Assembly (NCBI GenBank): GCA_028688415.1
Contig: JAQTYF010000001.1
Span: 272,627-336,626, forward strand
Length of the DNA: 64,000 bases
Direction: 5' to 3'
Source: Candidatus Moraniibacteriota bacterium
Lineage (GTDB): Bacteria; Patescibacteriota; Minisyncoccia; Moranbacterales; UBA1568
Below are positions 58,449-64,000 of the stretch, in pieces. A program made the position numbers and the translations under genes. The notes below the pieces were generated by a model that did not search any database, was not told the DNA's origin, and saw only the letters and a program-made list of their open reading frames with translations. The stretch's first letter is position 1; each line of letters begins with the position of its first letter.

Positions 58449-59144
58449 CTACTGACGAGCAGTCAATGATGCAGTACAAACCGGTTCAGTAATCTGGTTA
58501 TTATCCATCGTCACCTGGGTATGTGCCCAAGCTCGCCCTTGCAGGCTCGCACCATTGGCAAGTGAAATAAGTCCTGTATTGGTGAGAATGCTTCCGACAA
58601 TGGCTGAATTTGTGCCGATTGTCATAGAAGTAGGGATTTGCCAAAATACATTACACGGGGTAGCTCCATTGATTAAACGCACTTGTGCCGTACCCGATGT
58701 CGTGATGCTTGATGAACTACGAAAAATATAGACACCAGCACCATTCAGAGTCAGTGTGCCGTTGAGCGTCGTTGCTCCTATGGTATACACGCCAGGTGTC
58801 ACAGTATTCGTACCAGCCAGATCGAGTGATCCTGTCGCTGATTCTCCTGCGAGATCACCATACGCGGAAGCGATAGCGTTCACGACAGCGACATTGCCGG
58901 CTCCATCTATCGTACCGGCTACTTGTGAACTGATGAGTCCAGGGTGGAGGAAGGCATTATCACCTACATCTCCCCAAACGTGTGTACCTGAACCAGTATT
59001 GGTGATTCCTGCATTACCAAAGACCGAATAGCCAGTAGCCACCCCGAGGTTTGGAGCAGTGGCCGCTTGTGCTCTCTGCTCTGAAAAGACGAAAGCACAG
59101 AGTGTGAAAGCAGTGACTATCAAAATTTTATTGGATAATTTCAT
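58449..59144 (-). CDS. Ice-binding family protein (DUF3494)
   Basis: Signal peptide; LG.A..Y, ITNTG, TPGVY, YIF, NVFWQ, GRA, VTMDNN. Confidence 0.88.
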   Translation of the reverse strand: MKLSNKILIVTAFTLCAFVFSEQRAQAATAPNLGVATGYSVFGNAGITNTGSGTHVWGDVGDNAFLHPGLISSQVAGTIDGAGNVAVVNAIASAYGDLAGESATGSLDLAGTNTVTPGVYTIGATTLNGTLTLNGAGVYIFRSSSSITTSGTAQVRLINGATPCNVFWQIPTSMTIGTNSAIVGSILTNTGLISLANGASLQGRAWAHTQVTMDNNQITEPVCTASLTARQ

Positions 59145-59384
59145 TATTTTTTCATTATCAATTACAGAAACAAGTACAAAAAAACAGAGGTTTTCAGTCC
59201 TGTACTTTCAGCGCTCTATTCAATTATATTTGATTGTGTAGTTAGTATGACACGGCCACACGCAGAAGATTAGAAAAAATGTAAATAAAAAAAATGTAAG
59301 AAAAAGTAATGAACCTACTATCGACATATCCTTCTTTATGTCCACAGTAGCATAGTCTGAAAGAACCTCCTAACTTTCACCGAC

Positions 59385-61295
59385 CTAGAAAGAAAGTTCC
59401 TTCAGAAGATCATTCAGATCAAGCGAGGCCATGCCGACGACCGTATCACCGCCACCATAGTAGATGACAAGTTTCTTACCCATGATGATCGATCCGCACG
59501 GGAAAACAACGTTTGGTACGATCCCCTCTTTTTCGTATGACATTTCTGGTTCGAAGAGTGGTGTACGCGATCGTCCGATCACTTTTTCTGGATGCTTCAG
59601 ATCAAGCAGTGCTGCTCCGACTCGATAGGTATGGTCGACAGAAGAAACACCGTGGTAAATGAGGAGCCAGCCTTTCTTGGTTTTGAGAGGAGTCGACGAG
59701 AGACCAACTTTCAGATCATCCCACATGTTGATACGCGGAGAGAGGATAGGTCTCTTCACGAAGAAATGCTCTCCATCGAAATCATCGAGACTTTGAATAT
59801 AATTCAGATGAATAGAAGGCTGGACACGGTGAATGAAAACATATTGACCATCGATCTTCTCTGGAAAAATAGCCGCATCTTTGTTATCAACTTCCGCACT
59901 CGAAAGAAGAATTGGTTTGGTAAATTTCTCGAATTTTCGATGGAGAAAATCTTTGACAGCAATACTCGTCATCGCCACTCTCGGTGGATTCACTGCATCG
60001 AAAGCCGTATAACACATATAGTACGTCGAACCGATTTTGGTAAATCGTGCATCTTCACAACCCGAATTGCCAGGATTTTTCTTTTGCTCAAAATCTTCAC
60101 GCGGACTATAAATAGGAATCGGTAATCGCTCATCAATATGAACACCATCTTTGCTCACAGCATATCCAAAACGTGATGTCCCATCGAATCCTTGAGCACG
60201 ATAGACAATATGCACCTTGCCATCCTCATACATCGCAGCGGGATTGTATACTGCCATCGCTTCCCATTCATGCTCTGGAATTGGAGAGAGGATCGGGTTT
60301 TCTTCCGCACGATCGAAACGAAGAGAGCTTTCCTTGGCAAGCATTTCCCGAAGCAGTCCCGAAAGCGAAACCGTCGCACGACAGACTGTCGTATCAGCTG
60401 CACCATAGTAGATATGCACTTCATCTTCTTCTATATACGCCCCGGAAGGGAAAACGATATCAGGAATCATTCCATAATGCTCGTATTCTTCCTGTGGCAC
60501 CATGAGTGGTGTCGGTGTCCGTCCGATGATCTTGCGAGGATTATGGAGATCGAGGAGAACAGCTTCGATACCAAATACCTGATCTGATTTCCCATAGTGA
60601 TAGATATGAGAATAGATAAGTAACCATCCTGCTTTTGTTTTGAGTGGCGGAGCTCCGATTTCGACGTGATCATCGAGTGTCTTATGGAGATCGAGAGCAT
60701 GTTCTGGAAGTTCTTTGTACCATTTGTTCCAATATGCTTCCGACCACATATCTGATTCTTTTTCGAAACTTGCAAGAGCGATTGTCACAGGTGGCTGGTC
60801 AGTATTGGCACTGAGAAGCGCCATCATTTTCCCATCGATCTTCTCCGGAAAAAGCGTCATCGCTTTGGAATTGAAATTCGTCACATGATGCCTACTTTTT
60901 ATTGTCTTCAAATCTTTGGTCGTGACGAGTCCTACTGTGATACCCGCTGGCGAAAAAGGATACGTCGCGAGTGCGGTATAGAAGATATAAAACGTATCAC
61001 CGAGTTTCGTCACACGAGGATCTTCACAACCATATTGTTCCCACGGTTCTTCGGGGACGACAAACTGCGTGTAATCATTGAAATGTATCCCATCATCACT
61101 CACTGCGTGTCCGACGGTCGAGAGTGAGAGCATCGCTCCATGATGGAGTTCTGGTGTCGCGAGCGCTCGATAGAAAATATGAACTTTCTTCCCCTGTTTG
61201 ATTGGTGAACCATTGAAAGCAGCGAGATTTTCCCACATATTTTGACTCATGGGGAGTACGACAGGATTTTCTGGAGAGCGAACGAGTGAGTACAT
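59385..61295 (-). CDS. GH130-like glycoside phosphorylase/hydrolase, two tandem domains
   Basis: Two repeats of NP..., GCED(P/A)R, FPEKIDG, GWLLIY, YE..G..P..VFP, YYG..D. Confidence 0.9.
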   Translation of the reverse strand: MYSLVRSPENPVVLPMSQNMWENLAAFNGSPIKQGKKVHIFYRALATPELHHGAMLSLSTVGHAVSDDGIHFNDYTQFVVPEEPWEQYGCEDPRVTKLGDTFYIFYTALATYPFSPAGITVGLVTTKDLKTIKSRHHVTNFNSKAMTLFPEKIDGKMMALLSANTDQPPVTIALASFEKESDMWSEAYWNKWYKELPEHALDLHKTLDDHVEIGAPPLKTKAGWLLIYSHIYHYGKSDQVFGIEAVLLDLHNPRKIIGRTPTPLMVPQEEYEHYGMIPDIVFPSGAYIEEDEVHIYYGAADTTVCRATVSLSGLLREMLAKESSLRFDRAEENPILSPIPEHEWEAMAVYNPAAMYEDGKVHIVYRAQGFDGTSRFGYAVSKDGVHIDERLPIPIYSPREDFEQKKNPGNSGCEDARFTKIGSTYYMCYTAFDAVNPPRVAMTSIAVKDFLHRKFEKFTKPILLSSAEVDNKDAAIFPEKIDGQYVFIHRVQPSIHLNYIQSLDDFDGEHFFVKRPILSPRINMWDDLKVGLSSTPLKTKKGWLLIYHGVSSVDHTYRVGAALLDLKHPEKVIGRSRTPLFEPEMSYEKEGIVPNVVFPCGSIIMGKKLVIYYGGGDTVVGMASLDLNDLLKELSF

Positions 61296-61314
61296 AGGCT
61301 AATACAGACAAAAA

Positions 61315-63186
61315 TTATGCATTGGTAAGTGTTTTCTTCAAAGTCGTCATCGTGACCTTTCCAGTGGTAGTGAGCTGATCCAAGAATTCTCCGAGCGGTG
61401 CGGTAGCGACAGCGACCGTCGTGTCAGCTCCACCATAATAGACAAAAAGTGTCTCATCTTTGATTACTGCTCCACAGACATACACGACACCAGATTTCAA
61501 TCCTTCATTCTCATAATGTTCGTCTGGTTCGAGTATTGGTTCGACGCAACGAGCGAGGATTTTCTCAGGATCATTCTGATCGAGGAGCATCGCGCCTACC
61601 TTGTAACGATTCGGGTCATTCTGATCCATTGCGTGATAGAGTACGAGCCAGCCCTGATCCGTCTTGAGAGGAGTCGCACCGACACCTCGGACAATGTTAT
61701 CCCACTGACTCTTGTCGGTATAGTGTTGCTTGGTATGATAGCTATCGATGAGAAGTGATTCGTCATCGAGAGAAGCGACATAGTCGATAGATATTTTGGG
61801 CGAAATACTGTGAAGTACAGCATAATGACCATTGATTTTTTCTGGGAAAATAACCCAGTTCTTCTGAATCTGCCCAGGACGAGAGATGAGTCGTGGCGCT
61901 TCCCATTCCCATACTTTGTTCACGAAATTCTCCGTAGTAATGGAAGTCAGTGCCACTCCTGGTGGATTGTATCCATTGAACGAAATGTAAATCATATAAA
62001 TCTTGTCCTCGATTTGCGTCAAACGAGGATCCTCACAGCCACCCCATCCTCCACCAGAAATACACGGGAACGGATGCTTGTTTTTTTTGAAATCTTGATT
62101 GAGAAAATAGACAGGGTCTGTAGAACGTTCATCGATATGAACACCATCACTACTCCCTGCATAACCAAAGACGGAAATATTATCAAATCCTTGTGCCCGA
62201 TAGATCAGATGCACCTTGTCATTCAAATAGAGTGCAGCAGGATTGAATGTTGCCATCGATTCCCATGCATTTTCTTTGTTTGGTTCGAGAATAGGATTCT
62301 TCGCAGACCGAGTGAGAGGCTTAGTCACACGAGGTTTCTTGGTAGTCTTCGTGAGTGGTTTTTTGACAGTTTTTCTTGGCAGTTTGTTGTCCAGATCGAC
62401 ATCATAGGCGAGTTTCTCGGAGAATACTTCACCTCGTCCGTGTTCGAAATAGGCAACAAAAGCATTTTTCGTCTGGATGATTCCAAGTACTTTAATTTTG
62501 TTGGTAATCCAATCAATAGGCTGTTCCCAGAGAGGGTGCGCAGATCGCCATACGATTCTTCCTGGAGCCTGCTTATCAAAAAGCACGACACCGAGACAGA
62601 GCTTCTTGCGTGCATTTTTGGCAGTATAGAACAGTGCGATATGTTCACCGACATTCAACACTCGAGCAACTCGGAGAGCACTGTGATCAAAACGATTCTT
62701 CCGTGGTCGCATGAGGGCATCCGGCATAATGTGCCACTGATTGAGATTGGCAGAAGTCGCAATTCTGATGGAGGTGTTTCCGAAATAAAGAATATGGTGT
62801 TTTTCGAAAAGATATTCCGGCACTACCATACCGAAAGAATTCACCCCAGTAATGAGGGACTGTTTCTGAAACTGAATACCTTTGTGAGAAGTCGCTCCGT
62901 AGAGATGTGTACGGAGATGATGATCTCGCTTGGTATAGGTCATGAAATAGCGATTCTCTGCTATTTTGGTCGTCGCCATTTCATCGATATGCAGAGAATC
63001 TTCACGATGACGGAAGAACGCAGTATCGATCTTGAGATGTTTGGGAGAGTCGACAAAAGAAGAACCATTGGAACTTTCTTTCATTCTGAAAAAATATTCT
63101 TTCTTTCCTGAAAAAGAATAAATCAAACGGAACAGTCCGTTTTTACTGTATAAATCGAGACCACGAATAGGTGGTGTTTGTTGCAT
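61315..63186 (-). CDS. GH130-like protein with degenerate N-terminal propeller domain
   Basis: C-terminal domain has FNPAA, GCEDPR, KNW, GWLVLYH, YYGGAD; start set at MQQTP. Confidence 0.85.
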   Translation of the reverse strand: MQQTPPIRGLDLYSKNGLFRLIYSFSGKKEYFFRMKESSNGSSFVDSPKHLKIDTAFFRHREDSLHIDEMATTKIAENRYFMTYTKRDHHLRTHLYGATSHKGIQFQKQSLITGVNSFGMVVPEYLFEKHHILYFGNTSIRIATSANLNQWHIMPDALMRPRKNRFDHSALRVARVLNVGEHIALFYTAKNARKKLCLGVVLFDKQAPGRIVWRSAHPLWEQPIDWITNKIKVLGIIQTKNAFVAYFEHGRGEVFSEKLAYDVDLDNKLPRKTVKKPLTKTTKKPRVTKPLTRSAKNPILEPNKENAWESMATFNPAALYLNDKVHLIYRAQGFDNISVFGYAGSSDGVHIDERSTDPVYFLNQDFKKNKHPFPCISGGGWGGCEDPRLTQIEDKIYMIYISFNGYNPPGVALTSITTENFVNKVWEWEAPRLISRPGQIQKNWVIFPEKINGHYAVLHSISPKISIDYVASLDDESLLIDSYHTKQHYTDKSQWDNIVRGVGATPLKTDQGWLVLYHAMDQNDPNRYKVGAMLLDQNDPEKILARCVEPILEPDEHYENEGLKSGVVYVCGAVIKDETLFVYYGGADTTVAVATAPLGEFLDQLTTTGKVTMTTLKKTLTNA

Positions 63187-63340
63187 ATTTTTTTGTTTTT
63201 CTTCCACGTCGACAATACTGTTTTGATATTGAAATGAAATATACCCTATCTTTTGTACGGTTTCTTTCACACCCGTATCATACAATATTTTTTTCGAAAA
63301 ATCAAAGGGTTCTGTACAAAAATAGAGTCAGAAAGATCTC

Positions 63341-63742
63341 CTAAGCGACCAACTGAGTACACTGCGAGCAACGCTTGGCAGACTTGGGTATTTCACTCAG
63401 ACATTCAGGACATTTCATCGTCGCAGGATCTGCAGGCGCTCCTTTGTGAGAACGCGCAACCAGCATATTCATCGGTTTCACCACAAAGAAGAAGATAGCA
63501 GCAGAAATGAGAACGAATGAAATGAGCGCATTCAAGAAATGTCCGATAAGGAACTTGCTCCCATTCAAGGTAAATATGAGATTGGAGAAATCAGGTACCG
63601 TGACGATAGCAGCGATGAATGGTGTGAGAATATCTGCTACGAGAGCGGTCACGATAGTACCGAAGGCTGCACCAATGACGACACCGACAGCGAGATCGAC
63701 GACATTGCCTCGGAGGAGAAATTGTTTGAATTCTTTGAACAT
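63341..63742 (-). CDS. mscL: Large-conductance mechanosensitive channel with C-terminal zinc-ribbon-like tail
   Basis: EFKQFLLRGNVVDLAVGVVIGAAF; CPEC...CSQC. Confidence 0.95.
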   Translation of the reverse strand: MFKEFKQFLLRGNVVDLAVGVVIGAAFGTIVTALVADILTPFIAAIVTVPDFSNLIFTLNGSKFLIGHFLNALISFVLISAAIFFFVVKPMNMLVARSHKGAPADPATMKCPECLSEIPKSAKRCSQCTQLVA

Positions 63743-63835
63743 GCTTTTTTGTCTTATAGGTCAATTATATTCAAGTAAATAATACAACAACCGTGGAAAT
63801 ATGTACAAAATCAATGAGAGAGAATATGAGTTTGT

Positions 63836-64000
63836 CTACTTCCAGATACTGATGACAAAAACAAGGATCATGGCGATACCGAGCAAGAGTTTGATGACGG
63901 TACCAGCGAGAAACCCAAGTATTGAACCCATGCCGGCTCGGAGAGAGGCTTGCGCATCCTGTTTGGCGACAAAGAATTCTCCGACGATAGCTCCGATAAA
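63836..64000 (-). CDS. DUF456-like membrane protein, C-terminal part (start outside window)
   Basis: Hand translation FIGAIVGEFF...ASLRAGMGSILGFLAGTVIK...IWK*. Confidence 0.7.
   Translation of the reverse strand, partial: FIGAIVGEFFVAKQDAQASLRAGMGSILGFLAGTVIKLLLGIAMILVFVISIWK

Noticed and set aside
61810-63111. 433 aa plus-strand ORF
   Set aside because: Fully antisense to the GH130 gene, no recognisable motifs; typical shadow ORF

Overview
This window looks like chromosomal DNA from a small-genome bacterium. Gene content and weak Shine-Dalgarno use in core genes suggest Patescibacteria/CPR (inference). About 1-37 kb is a large cell-surface glycan region: galE, ugd, a WbpA/WecC-type dehydrogenase, many GT2/GT4 enzymes, five GT-C-type membrane transferases, a flippase, two O-antigen-ligase-like proteins and an LCP protein. 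Embedded in it are a divergent RtcB, a NUDIX hydrolase, a thymidylate-kinase-like protein and a four-helix-bundle gene. 37-48 kb holds housekeeping genes: ctpA, a lone groES, fmt, def, an apparently helicase-dead priA, thpR, a TagA-like enzyme, gltX and an M23 peptidase. A ~930 bp non-coding gap at 48.6-49.6 kb contains a phased dyad-repeat array and a dif-like 28 bp site. The rest holds a GGDEF protein, a PD-(D/E)XK nuclease, a CsoR-RND-DUF2892 module, a class F sortase plus ice-binding protein, two GH130 genes and mscL. The most unusual signals are (i) inverted 7-bp-period repeat arms that bracket the four-helix-bundle gene, also occur as empty cassettes, and occur in-frame inside genes; (ii) an RtcB with intact metal/His chemistry but altered substrate residues inside the glycan operon; (iii) the dif-like site and repeat array; (iv) palindromic elements translated inside proteins. 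No rRNA, tRNA, CRISPR array or transposase was recognised. All calls come from reading motifs by eye; no searches were run.
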